Positions 26,010 through 35,311 of a stretch of DNA of 38,005 bases are shown piece after piece (position 1 is the first letter of the stretch; each line of letters begins with the position of its first letter). Under the pieces are notes generated by a model. That model saw only the letters and a list, made by a program, of their open reading frames with translations, was not told the DNA's origin and searched no databases. The stretch comes from a bacterium (GTDB taxonomy: Bacteria; Arandabacterota; Arandabacteria; Arandabacterales; JALGWA01), in the NCBI GenBank assembly GCA_050125095.1, contig JASFEA010000012.1, positions 1 through 38,005 on the forward strand. Reading direction: 5' to 3'. The translations under genes were made by a program, and so were the position numbers.

Positions 26010-28121
26010 ATGCCAAGGAACAGGAAGGGCCTGGCGGCGGCATTCGCCGTGGCGGCCGTTTCGACTCTCATCGCGGGCCTTGTCATGGCTGCGATACCCC
26101 AGAAAATCAATTACCAGGGGAGGCTTACAGACGCGGGAACGGGTCTGCCCCTTCCGGGCTCCCACTCGGCCGTCTTCAGCATCTACGACGATCCGGTAAG
26201 CGGGTCGCTTCTCTGGACCGAGACGACCTCGGTTCAGGCTGATACCAACGGAGTCTTTGCGGCCGTCCTGGGAAGCGTTAATCCCATAGACATAGACTTC
26301 GACGGCCCGGCGTACCTCAAGGTCGTGATCGACGGTGAGACCCTCGATCCCCGGCGCGAGCTCGTCAGCTCGCCGTATGCGTTTAATGCCATGAACGCCG
26401 AGAACCTGGACGGGCTGCCGGCCGGCGACTACGCCACGGCCGACGCCCTTAGCGGGATCGGCACCATCAATGACCCGTCGAATCCGGTCGACTGGTCGCA
26501 GCTCAAGAACGTCCCGGCGGGATTCGCGGACGGCTCCGACGAGGCCGGTGGCAGCGGGGACGGCCACTCGCTGGACGCGGCGGACGGCGACCCCGTCGAC
26601 GTCGTGTATGTGGACAACACGGGCAAGGTCGGAGTCGGAACGACCATCCCTGAGGAAAAACTCCACGTATCGGGCGACATCCGGCTTGACAGCGGCGGTG
26701 ACATCGCCTTCGGTGACGATAACACCAGGGTATATCACTCGAGCGATGACCTGCACCTCACATCCGAGGATGATATCTATATCAGGCCCGACGATGACCT
26801 CTACATCGGGGTGGACGGCGGCAGTGATTGGGTCCATTTCGACGCGAGCTTCAAGAGACTGGGATTGGGGATTCTCAATCCGGCAAGGGAATTGCAGATA
26901 TATCAGCCTGGAAGTTCGACCTGTTATCTTCAGGTGACCAACACCCCCAGCGGAACCAATAGCACCGACGGCCTCATACTGGGATTGAACGGAGCTGCCG
27001 TCGGCTTCCTTTACAATCAGGAACCGGGGCTGGGGTTATGCCTCGGGACAAGCAACGGGACCAAGCTGTATATAGCCGGTGACGGCGATGTGGCGATCGG
27101 AAACAACAACACGAGCCCCGACCAGAAGCTCGAAGTCGATGGCAATATCCTGGCCGACAGCCTGTTCCTGGGAGAAGGTTCGACCGTTGGCCATCTGGAG
27201 ATCAACTCGGGTGCGGCTTCGGCCCCTATTGTGAAAGCCGATCAGTACTTTACCATGGGCGGGAGAGTGTGGTGTTATGACGAGGCCGGTGGTGGTATAG
27301 CGGGAATGGAAGCCGATTTTAACGGTACCGGCGGCTACCTTGTGGTATCTAGGAGTTCGGGCTATAACGGCTTCTTGGTCGACGGCAATTACAACAACAC
27401 AGGGAACCCGCACATGAGTATCTCCGGTAGCAGCAGGAGCGCCGTCTTTGATATGTCCACCTCCGGGGATAACTCGGTACAGCTTCCCAGTGACGCCATA
27501 TCCGCGCCCGAGCTCGAGGACGAACCCGGCGTCGCGTCCGCGAACCGCGATGGCCCGACCCTGACCCTTTCCACCAGTCCGACTAACATCGAATCGAGAG
27601 CCATAGTCAATCCGGCTGCGGGTTACTGCCTGGTGATAGGGTCCTGCGAGGTTCGGATAAGTCACACGAACGGCACAACCAGCTCTGCGATATTCGGGGT
27701 TACCACGTCCTCTCTCACGCTGCCTGCATCCCAGGACTACAGCCTGTATCTCTCCCCTAACGCTCCGACGGGCATTTATTACTTCCCGGTAACGGTTCAA
27801 TCCATAATTGCTACGTCCACGGGCAGCGACACCTTCTATCTGGTGGGGGAGGTATTTACCGGGAGCTTCTCCGTCTATGAGGCTCAGCTCTCCGTCATAT
27901 ACTTCCCGACCAATTACGGAACAGTGGACCCGCCGGCTCCGGGGGGGCCCACCGCCCCTGAAAATCAGACCGGGACGGCCCTTCCCTTGACGGAGGTCGA
28001 GGAAGAAGCCGAGCGGCAGGAGTCCGAGGCAGCCAACAGGGCGAGGATAGAAGAGGAAATGGCCGAGATGAGAGCCAGGCTTGAAGAGCTGGAGCAGATA
28101 GTCGAGGAGCAGCAGCAATAA
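26010..28121 (+). CDS. Secreted fibre-like (tail-fibre/adhesin-type) protein with C-terminal coiled coil
   Basis: AGGAGG SD, signal peptide, N-domain PQKINYQGRL...PYAFNA, GxVG(I/V)G...P...KLxVxG-type repeats, C-terminal EEMAEMRARLEELE. Confidence 0.7.
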   Translation: MPRNRKGLAAAFAVAAVSTLIAGLVMAAIPQKINYQGRLTDAGTGLPLPGSHSAVFSIYDDPVSGSLLWTETTSVQADTNGVFAAVLGSVNPIDIDFDGPAYLKVVIDGETLDPRRELVSSPYAFNAMNAENLDGLPAGDYATADALSGIGTINDPSNPVDWSQLKNVPAGFADGSDEAGGSGDGHSLDAADGDPVDVVYVDNTGKVGVGTTIPEEKLHVSGDIRLDSGGDIAFGDDNTRVYHSSDDLHLTSEDDIYIRPDDDLYIGVDGGSDWVHFDASFKRLGLGILNPARELQIYQPGSSTCYLQVTNTPSGTNSTDGLILGLNGAAVGFLYNQEPGLGLCLGTSNGTKLYIAGDGDVAIGNNNTSPDQKLEVDGNILADSLFLGEGSTVGHLEINSGAASAPIVKADQYFTMGGRVWCYDEAGGGIAGMEADFNGTGGYLVVSRSSGYNGFLVDGNYNNTGNPHMSISGSSRSAVFDMSTSGDNSVQLPSDAISAPELEDEPGVASANRDGPTLTLSTSPTNIESRAIVNPAAGYCLVIGSCEVRISHTNGTTSSAIFGVTTSSLTLPASQDYSLYLSPNAPTGIYYFPVTVQSIIATSTGSDTFYLVGEVFTGSFSVYEAQLSVIYFPTNYGTVDPPAPGGPTAPENQTGTALPLTEVEEEAERQESEAANRARIEEEMAEMRARLEELEQIVEEQQQ

Positions 28122-28156
28122 TGGCACCCATTGACCATAAACAGGAGGATGGAAAA

Positions 28157-30637
28157 ATGCTACCCACGCGAGACAGCGTGAGGTGGGTGCCGCTTGCCCT
28201 CCTTGCGATAAGTGTGATGTCATTGCTGGCGGTTGCCGGCACCGTCATCGCGGATACGGAGATGGCTGCGGATGTTGTGAGTGGAGGTGGCGGGAGCAGC
28301 CAGTCGGCGTCGTTTGTAATATCGGATACCTTCGGGCAGGGGCCTGTCGGGCCGGCAGCCTCCGGCGGAGCAATCGGCCTGGTTGACGGTTTCTGGGCTG
28401 CTGCGGCCCTGCCGGTCAAGGGCGACACGCTTCCGCCGGGCGCGGTTACCATATTCACGGCAACCCCCAGCGACGAGAGCGTGATGCTCGAGTGGACCAA
28501 TCCGGGCGACGCGGATTTCGCCAGGACGGTCATACGTTACTCGACCACGGGTTACCCCGGTAGCCCGTCGGCGGGAAGCCCGGTGGAGAACGGGGCCGGG
28601 GGCGCCTTCCCCAATGAACACTCGTCATCCGACAGTTTCATTCATGAGGACCTCGCCAACCTGACGACTTACTATTATACGGCGTTTGCCTTCGACAGCT
28701 CGTACAACTACTCGTCCGGGGTGATCGCATCGGCCGTTCCTTTCGATGAGGACCCGCCTCTCCCCGTCACCCAGTTCACGGCGGAGGGCAGTGACACCAC
28801 GGTCGCTCTTATATGGACCAACCCCGACGACTACGACTTCGACCATACGCTGATCCGGTACTCGACGACGGCATATCCGGCGGGGCCGGGCGAAGGCAGC
28901 GCGTTAGAGAATGGCCTGGGCGGGAAGTTCTACGGCGCCCGGGCCTCCGTGGATACTTTCTTCCACACCGGGCTCGACAATAACGAGATCTACTACTACA
29001 CGGCCTTCGCCGGTGACGAGATGCCAAATTACGCGGCCGGCGTCAGCGCAGCGGGCGACCCGGAAGATAACATAGCTCCGCCGGCCGTTGTGGCCTTCTC
29101 CTCGACGGCGGGGGACACCACGGTGACCTTGCGGTGGACCAACCCCGACGATGCCGACTTCGATCACACGCTCATACGCTATTCCACAAGCGCCTATCCT
29201 TCATCACCCACAGCGGGACTGGCCGTGGAAAACGGCTCGGGCGGCATGTTCGAGGCGGACGCCGCAACCGCGGACAGCTTCGCGCACACGGGTTTGGACA
29301 ACGGCACGCTCTACTACTACGCCGCCTTCGCGGGTGACGAGGTCCCCAATTATGCGGCGGCCCTGACGACCAGCGCAACGCCGGTGGACACGATACCGCC
29401 GGGCCCGGCCGGCGGATTCACGGCGCTTGCGCTCAATGACGGCACTGTGAAGCTCCGCTGGACGCGCGCGAGCGCGAGCGATGCCCGGGGTGTGCACATC
29501 AGGTACTCAGCCACCGCCTACCCCGACGACGAGACCGAGGGCAGCTATGTGGATAATGGCGCCGGAGGCATGTTCGACGGGGCTCCCGCACAGGCCGACT
29601 CCTTCATTCACTCGGAGCTCACTGTGGGGACCACATACTACTATGCCGCGTTCGCCTATGACGAGGAGGACAATTATTCCGGCGGCGTGACCGCGAGCGC
29701 CACCCCCTATGATGAAATCGCGCCCACATTCGACATCTCGGTATTCCAGAACCCCTATCTCACGAATCACCTGGATGTCTTCGTCATTCCCGCCGAAGCC
29801 ATCTTCGATACCAGCCTTGTAGTGGTCGTGAACGGCACGCATACCCTGGATATGGACGTGACCGACGCTTCGGAGAGAGTGTACCGGGGCGACTATGACC
29901 TCTATGGGACGGGCTCGGTGTCCATCAGGGCCTACGGAAGGGATGTCAATGACAACTACGGCTGGACCGAACGCAACTTCTCGTCGACCTTTGTCCTCGC
30001 CGGAAGCGGCGGCGTGGCCAGGAGTCTCGACGGGCTCTGCCAGGTCAATATACCCGGCTCTTCGGTAAGCGGCGACATGTACGTCATTGTGCTCGAAGAG
30101 TGGGGGCCGAACGGGGACATTATCTACGAGTTCTCCCCGTCGGCCGGTCTCGGCGACTTCGCGGAATTGTCCATTTTGCTATCGGACGACCTGGCTTCCC
30201 CCGAGCATCTCTCGCTGGCGAGGGTTGAGGACGGAGAAGCCGTCCCGATAGAGTCTTACATCGCTGAAGGCGAGAACAGGATAGTGTCGCATGTGGACCG
30301 GCTGGGTTCTTTCAGCCTGGTGTGGAGGGCGGATATAGAAACGCCGGTCTACGGCGAAGGCGACCTTGCCGTCTTCCAGAATGTGCCCAACCCGTTTGTG
30401 GGCAATACGACCATCGCATTTGAAATGCCGCGGCTCGGCACCGTGAAAGTTGATATAGTGTCGGTGGACGGGCGAATAATAAGGACTCTGTTTGACGATA
30501 CGGTGCTGCCCGGCAGGCGCAGCGTAGACTGGGACGGTCATGACGCCGACGGCAACAGGGTGGCGAGCGGCGTATATCTCTACAGGGTCCGCACCGACTC
30601 GAAGGTAGTTACAAAGAAGATGATTCTCTTACGATAG
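28157..30637 (+). CDS. Secreted protein with four FN3-like repeats and FlgD-Ig/T9SS-type CTD
   Basis: AGGAGG upstream of ATG 28157 (alternative start 28121 overlaps the TAA). Signal peptide, SGGGG...GQ...GFW N-module, CTD QNVPNPF...WDGHDADGNRVASGVYLYR...KKMILLR. Confidence 0.85.
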   Translation: MLPTRDSVRWVPLALLAISVMSLLAVAGTVIADTEMAADVVSGGGGSSQSASFVISDTFGQGPVGPAASGGAIGLVDGFWAAAALPVKGDTLPPGAVTIFTATPSDESVMLEWTNPGDADFARTVIRYSTTGYPGSPSAGSPVENGAGGAFPNEHSSSDSFIHEDLANLTTYYYTAFAFDSSYNYSSGVIASAVPFDEDPPLPVTQFTAEGSDTTVALIWTNPDDYDFDHTLIRYSTTAYPAGPGEGSALENGLGGKFYGARASVDTFFHTGLDNNEIYYYTAFAGDEMPNYAAGVSAAGDPEDNIAPPAVVAFSSTAGDTTVTLRWTNPDDADFDHTLIRYSTSAYPSSPTAGLAVENGSGGMFEADAATADSFAHTGLDNGTLYYYAAFAGDEVPNYAAALTTSATPVDTIPPGPAGGFTALALNDGTVKLRWTRASASDARGVHIRYSATAYPDDETEGSYVDNGAGGMFDGAPAQADSFIHSELTVGTTYYYAAFAYDEEDNYSGGVTASATPYDEIAPTFDISVFQNPYLTNHLDVFVIPAEAIFDTSLVVVVNGTHTLDMDVTDASERVYRGDYDLYGTGSVSIRAYGRDVNDNYGWTERNFSSTFVLAGSGGVARSLDGLCQVNIPGSSVSGDMYVIVLEEWGPNGDIIYEFSPSAGLGDFAELSILLSDDLASPEHLSLARVEDGEAVPIESYIAEGENRIVSHVDRLGSFSLVWRADIETPVYGEGDLAVFQNVPNPFVGNTTIAFEMPRLGTVKVDIVSVDGRIIRTLFDDTVLPGRRSVDWDGHDADGNRVASGVYLYRVRTDSKVVTKKMILLR
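28424..29710 (+). repeat. Four intragenic tandem repeats of 321/321/321/324 bp (107-108 aa)
   Basis: Units start at 28424, 28745, 29066 and 29387, sharing WT, IRYST/IRYSA, YP, (E/D)NG, D(S/T)FxH, YYYxAFA and NY. Confidence 0.9.
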
Positions 30638-30649
30638 GAGGTAATTCGA

Positions 30650-31249
30650 ATGAGGCGCGCGATTTTGGCTGGTACTCTATGCGCACTTGCTCTGGCCGTG
30701 GGGTGCGGGGGAGACGGCGGAGCCGGGCCCGGCGCCACGGCGGAGTCCAGGACCGATGAAGGCTGGGCCCTATTCGAGGCAGGTGATTACACGGGGGCCA
30801 TAGGCAAGTTCAATGAAGCAGTAGCGATAGATGATGAATACGCGGACGCATACAACGGCCTGGGGTGGAGCTTCGCCAAGCTGGATTCCCTTGCAAGGGC
30901 TCTGACCCACTTCGGGAGTTCTATCTCGAACGGCATGACCGGGGACCCCCATGCGGGGCGAGCCCCCGTGTACAGGGACGTTGACCCGCCTGAATTCGCA
31001 AATGCCGTTTCGACGGCGACGACTGCGCTTAATCATGACCGCAGGTACGAGTTCGAACACGATACCGACTTCGACTGGCGGGACCTTCATCTCATAATGG
31101 CGCAGAGCCATTTCGGCCTGGGCCAGTACGATCTAGCCAACGCCGAGGTGGACTCGCTGGGCGGGAACGTGCAGAACCCGTCATCGTCGACGTTCGTTGA
31201 AGACCTTGCGGACGAGATAGAGCGCCTGGAGGGTGTTTACGGTAGCTAG
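30650..31249 (+). CDS. TPR lipoprotein
   Basis: GGAGGT SD, lipobox LAVGC, TPR GWALFEAGDY...AYNGLGW. Confidence 0.85.
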   Translation: MRRAILAGTLCALALAVGCGGDGGAGPGATAESRTDEGWALFEAGDYTGAIGKFNEAVAIDDEYADAYNGLGWSFAKLDSLARALTHFGSSISNGMTGDPHAGRAPVYRDVDPPEFANAVSTATTALNHDRRYEFEHDTDFDWRDLHLIMAQSHFGLGQYDLANAEVDSLGGNVQNPSSSTFVEDLADEIERLEGVYGS

Positions 31250-31311
31250 ACGGGACGGTGATTAGACGGGACGGCAGCCTGACGGGCGGCGCGCTTCGAG
31301 GCGGGCTGCCG
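31247..31311. repeat. 12-bp direct repeat plus hairpin at a convergent gene junction
   Basis: TAGACGGGACGG at 31247 and 31263; CGGCAGCC/GGCTGCCG stem 31272-31311. Confidence 0.6.
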
Positions 31312-31317
31312 GGAGGT

Positions 31318-33450
31318 CTACGATGCGCCCTGTTCAGCCAGCAGGGCCTTGAGGTCCGCTGTGGACGTGGCCGGCGTTGCGCAGGCGAAGCCGGTGCATA
31401 CATAGGCCGTCGTCTTGCCGTCAACTGCGCTGTGCCCGGACAGAAACGGCGCCAGGCCCACAATCGGCGTGGCGGTCTCCTCCTCGGCGGGTTTCATCAT
31501 CACGACCTTGTTGGGAATGAAACTCGCATATACGGCGCCCAGCATATCGCGTACACCGGCGCCCCCGGATCCCTCCGCCAGGATAATCTCCCGGGACGGC
31601 CCCACGGCGAAATCGAGCGCCGCGAGCATGAAGGAATAAGAGCCGGGCATGGCGCCGATATCGCCGGAGAAGGCTTTCATGAGGTCGCCGGCGAGGGACT
31701 CGAATTCGGGCCTTGCCGTAAGTCTGCCGAGCCTGATGAGGTCGAGGGCGGCCACGGAGTTCCCGGATGGGATGGCCCCGTCATATACCTGCTTGGTGCG
31801 GATGATGAGCTCCTCCGAGCCCTCCGCCGTGAAGTAGAATCCGCCTGACTTCCCGTCCCAGAAGAGGTCCCGCATAATGCCGGCGAGCCTGATCGCCTCC
31901 TCAAGATATGCTGCGTCGAACGTGGCCTCATATAGATCTATAAGCCCGTGTATGAAAAATGCGTAATCATCGATTGTGGCCTCGATGCCCGATACGCCGT
32001 CGCGATAACGGTGAAGCAGGCGCCCGTCACGTCCGACGAGGTTTTCGAGTATGAAGCGGGCCGAGCGCTCGGCCGCGTCGCCGTATGCGGCATCGCCCAG
32101 GACTCTTGACGCGAAGGCGAGGCTCGCGATCATGAGCCCGTTCCAGTCGGTGAGTATCTTATCGTCGAGATGCGGCCTCGGTCTCTTATCTCTCGCCGCC
32201 AGCAGCCTCTTGCCGGATGTCTCCAGCGCGGCCCTGACCCTGTCCACGTCCATGTCAAAATGCTGGGCGGTGCCCTCCAGCGTGCTCGCCACGTAGAGGA
32301 CGTTATTGCCGCGGAACTCGCCGTGCGGGTCGGTGACGGCATTGCCTCCTGGCAGAATGCCGTAATGATATGAGATGACATCGCCTTTTTTCTCGCCCAG
32401 GACCTCCCGGATCCCGTCCAGCGTCCACAGGTAAAACGCGCCCTCTTTCCTGGTTTCAGGCCTTTCCGGGAGGGGCGAGTCCGCATCCTCCGCCGAGTAG
32501 AAACCGCCCCGGGCGTCGGTCATGTCCCTGAGCACGTAGTCCAGCGTCTTACGGGCGACGCGCGCATAGTGGCCGTCCCCGGTGGCCTGGTAGGCCTCGA
32601 GGTACGCCCTGGAGAGTATCGCCTGGTCATAGAGCATCTTCTCGAAGTGAGGTATGCGCCATTCGTCGTCGGTGGAGTAACGGTGAAACCCGCCTCCGAT
32701 CTGATCGTACATGCCGCCTGCGGCCATGGCCTTGAGGGTCTTCTCTGCCATCGCCAGGGCATCGGATTCGGTCGCCCTCATGGCGTATCTGAGCAGGAAT
32801 GAGAGGTTATGCCCCATGGGGAACTTGGGGGCGCCTCCGAAGCCGCCGCTGTCCTCGTCGAATGTCGCCCGGGAATGTGAGTATGCAAGGTCCAGGGTGC
32901 TCTCGCCGAGGGGGGCCGCGCGCCCGCCACCGGCCGCCTGCGCCCCGAGCGCCCTTGTGAGCCGCTCTCCGGACCGGGCTATCTCCGCTCTCCTGTTTTT
33001 CCAGGCATCCGCCACGGAGGTGACCACGGTCTTGATGCCGCTCATCCCCCATCTATCTTCGGGAGGGAAATAGGTGCCTCCGAAAAACGGCTTCTGATCT
33101 GGGGTAAGAAAAACAGTCAGGGGCCAGCCTCCCCGGCCCGTCATTGCCACGACCGCGCTCATGTATATGTTGTCGATGTCGGGCCGCTCCTCGCGGTCGA
33201 CCTTTATACAGATGAAGTGCTCGTTGAGCAGGCCGGCGATCCCGGGGTCCGAGAAAGACTCTCTCTCCATTACATGGCACCAGTGGCAGGTGGAGTAGCC
33301 GATCGAGAGGAAGACGGGTTTATCCTGGGCCCGGGCCAGCTCGAAGGCCTCCCGGCCCCACGGGTGCCACTCCACGGGATTGTCCGCATGCTGAAGAAGA
33401 TACGGGCTCTTCTCGCCTGAAAGGCGGTTCCTGCCTTGCTCTCCCGCCAT
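31318..33450 (-). CDS. YyaL/SSP411-family thioredoxin-domain plus (alpha/alpha)6 protein
   Basis: NRL...[52 protein letters not shown]. Confidence 0.93.
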   Translation of the reverse strand: MAGEQGRNRLSGEKSPYLLQHADNPVEWHPWGREAFELARAQDKPVFLSIGYSTCHWCHVMERESFSDPGIAGLLNEHFICIKVDREERPDIDNIYMSAVVAMTGRGGWPLTVFLTPDQKPFFGGTYFPPEDRWGMSGIKTVVTSVADAWKNRRAEIARSGERLTRALGAQAAGGGRAAPLGESTLDLAYSHSRATFDEDSGGFGGAPKFPMGHNLSFLLRYAMRATESDALAMAEKTLKAMAAGGMYDQIGGGFHRYSTDDEWRIPHFEKMLYDQAILSRAYLEAYQATGDGHYARVARKTLDYVLRDMTDARGGFYSAEDADSPLPERPETRKEGAFYLWTLDGIREVLGEKKGDVISYHYGILPGGNAVTDPHGEFRGNNVLYVASTLEGTAQHFDMDVDRVRAALETSGKRLLAARDKRPRPHLDDKILTDWNGLMIASLAFASRVLGDAAYGDAAERSARFILENLVGRDGRLLHRYRDGVSGIEATIDDYAFFIHGLIDLYEATFDAAYLEEAIRLAGIMRDLFWDGKSGGFYFTAEGSEELIIRTKQVYDGAIPSGNSVAALDLIRLGRLTARPEFESLAGDLMKAFSGDIGAMPGSYSFMLAALDFAVGPSREIILAEGSGGAGVRDMLGAVYASFIPNKVVMMKPAEEETATPIVGLAPFLSGHSAVDGKTTAYVCTGFACATPATSTADLKALLAEQGAS

Positions 33451-33625
33451 GCCCTGTTCACCTCGCGATTTCAGCTCTATTACGGCCCCGTCGGCCACGC
33501 GGCCGTGCATACGTCACTACTCCGGCCCGGTGTTTTAGATGCGCGGGGTCGCCATAAGCTGTCATGAGAACTCGATCGGATGAAGAAAGCGCCGTCGGGT
33601 GCGGTCGCGCCGCCGGGGCACGGGC

Positions 33626-35035
33626 CTATTTGAGCGGCTCGTCCGGACCCTTGAGACAGGAGGACTTGTCTATGTCGATGATTGTCGCTCCGCCGACGTA
33701 TTCGCGGGTCTCGTATCGCGTTATCTGCTGGATCTTTCTCGAGATGGCGATCATTCTGTCGCTGGCTGCCTTTATTCTCCTGAGCTCGTCAGAGCCCGGG
33801 CCGGTTTCCCCCCTGTCCCGCAGCAGGAGCTCGGCGTAGCCGGAGATGACCTGCATGGGCTGGTTGAACTCATGGCAGGCGGCTCCGGCCATCTCGAGAG
33901 CCCCGCGGAGTTTCTCGCGACGCATGAGTTCCTGCTCGCGCTCGCGCTCGGCGCGCTTCCGGTTGGTTATGTCTATGAAAGAGGCCATCATCCTGATGGG
34001 GTTGCCCTGCTTGTCGGTGACAAGGGTGGCCGCCGTATCGACTTCGAATGTCGAACCGTCCCTGCGCCGGCCCACGAGCTCTCCTATCCACCCGCCGTCC
34101 CGGTGGAGTGCGGTCACGACCTCCCTGGCTTTGTCTGCCATTTCCCAGAACTCTATAACGGGCCTTCGCATCACTTCCACTTCGCTTTCGTAACCCCACA
34201 TCCTTATGAATGCGGCGTTTACATATGTCAGCCTGCCCTCCATATCCGCGATGGCTATTGCATTGATGGAGCATGCCATTGCGCTGTCGACGATGCGGAG
34301 GTCGGTCTCGGCGCGTTTCCGCTCGGTCATGTCGATAATGACTCCCCTTAAGCCCGCAGGTTTGCCGTCGCGGTAGATGGGAGCGGAGTGGATCAGCACC
34401 GGGAACTCAGTGCCGTCTTTTCGGACGGCCGTATATTCATGCGGCCCGCCGGTACTGCCTGAGAGGATGGCAGAGATGTTCCGCGTGGCCGCGGCCCGAT
34501 CCCGGGGCGCGATAATCGCGACGGCCTTCAGCCCGCTCTCGAAGTCCTCGGGCGTATAGCCGGTGAGTTCGTAGCCCTTCTGGTTCACGAATGTCAATTT
34601 CCCGTCCAGGTCCATCTCGAAGACGATTTCGGGAAGAAGGTCGGCCAGGTCCTCCGGCTGCACGACGCTTTCGGGGGGCTCGACACTGTGCCCGGTGGAA
34701 TCACCCGCATTGAGCGCGCAGATGATATGCGTGTCGCCCCCGCAGGCGCAGGGGAGTTCGAGGCCCGACAGATGAGCGTCGAAGGTGGCCCCGTCCGCGG
34801 CGGTCAGGCTTATGGGTTTCCTTCCGGCTGAGCCGTCGTCCGAGATCATAGCACTGATTTGACTGAAGTCGAGCCGCCCGCCCAGGAAGCGGGAGATGTG
34901 CGAGCCCTCGAGCTCCGGAATCGCCGCGCCAAGCAGGCTCGAAGCGCGCCGGTTCGCCTTAATGATCTCGCCGCTGTGCGCAAGTACGAGAATGGCGGGG
35001 CATGAAAAAGGATATAGTCTTCTGTCGTCGGTCAT
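33626..35035 (-). CDS. Multi-PAS protein ending in a HisKA dimerisation domain, with no ATPase domain
   Basis: PAS/PAC repeats (DMTERK, DITNRK) and CHEFNQP H-box. The protein ends YETREYVGGATIIDIDK... without N/G boxes. Confidence 0.82.
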   Translation of the reverse strand: MTDDRRLYPFSCPAILVLAHSGEIIKANRRASSLLGAAIPELEGSHISRFLGGRLDFSQISAMISDDGSAGRKPISLTAADGATFDAHLSGLELPCACGGDTHIICALNAGDSTGHSVEPPESVVQPEDLADLLPEIVFEMDLDGKLTFVNQKGYELTGYTPEDFESGLKAVAIIAPRDRAAATRNISAILSGSTGGPHEYTAVRKDGTEFPVLIHSAPIYRDGKPAGLRGVIIDMTERKRAETDLRIVDSAMACSINAIAIADMEGRLTYVNAAFIRMWGYESEVEVMRRPVIEFWEMADKAREVVTALHRDGGWIGELVGRRRDGSTFEVDTAATLVTDKQGNPIRMMASFIDITNRKRAEREREQELMRREKLRGALEMAGAACHEFNQPMQVISGYAELLLRDRGETGPGSDELRRIKAASDRMIAISRKIQQITRYETREYVGGATIIDIDKSSCLKGPDEPLK

Positions 35036-35119
35036 AGGCTGAACCGGAATCCCGTGCGGAGAAAGGTCTACTCCGCCGAATGCGAGTCCCCCTCGAACGC
35101 TATATCGTTCCCCACTTAA

Positions 35120-35146
35120 TAATCGGCATAATTCCAGAGAAATGAA
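35120..35146 (-). promoter_or_regulatory. Sigma28-like promoter (leftward)
   Basis: TTCA-N15-GCCGATTA on the minus strand. Confidence 0.4.
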
Positions 35147-35212
35147 GGTATTACCCGCCGAATCGAGTTGAATGCAGGGGCGTGGATTGCGGTATTTTGC
35201 GAACCATGTTGT

Positions 35213-35239
35213 TTAAGTCTTGCGCCCTTTTGCCGATAA
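35213..35239 (+). promoter_or_regulatory. Sigma28-like promoter (rightward)
   Basis: TTAA-N15-GCCGATAA with a perfect consensus -10. Confidence 0.62.
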
Positions 35240-35311
35240 GAAGATGGGACACGAGCATAACTGCATCCGGGGATTTGCGCAGCACCACAGGAATTTGCGA
35301 GGAGGTTCTCC

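Noticed and set aside
26010-28121. Prophage tail-fibre remnant
   Set aside because: It has a Sec signal peptide and no phage genes are nearby.
25884-28223. Antisense ORFs of 317 aa and 395 aa
   Set aside because: Shadows of the fibre gene with no domain signatures.
28424-29710. CRISPR-like or mobile repeat
   Set aside because: The repeats are in-frame, diverged protein domains.
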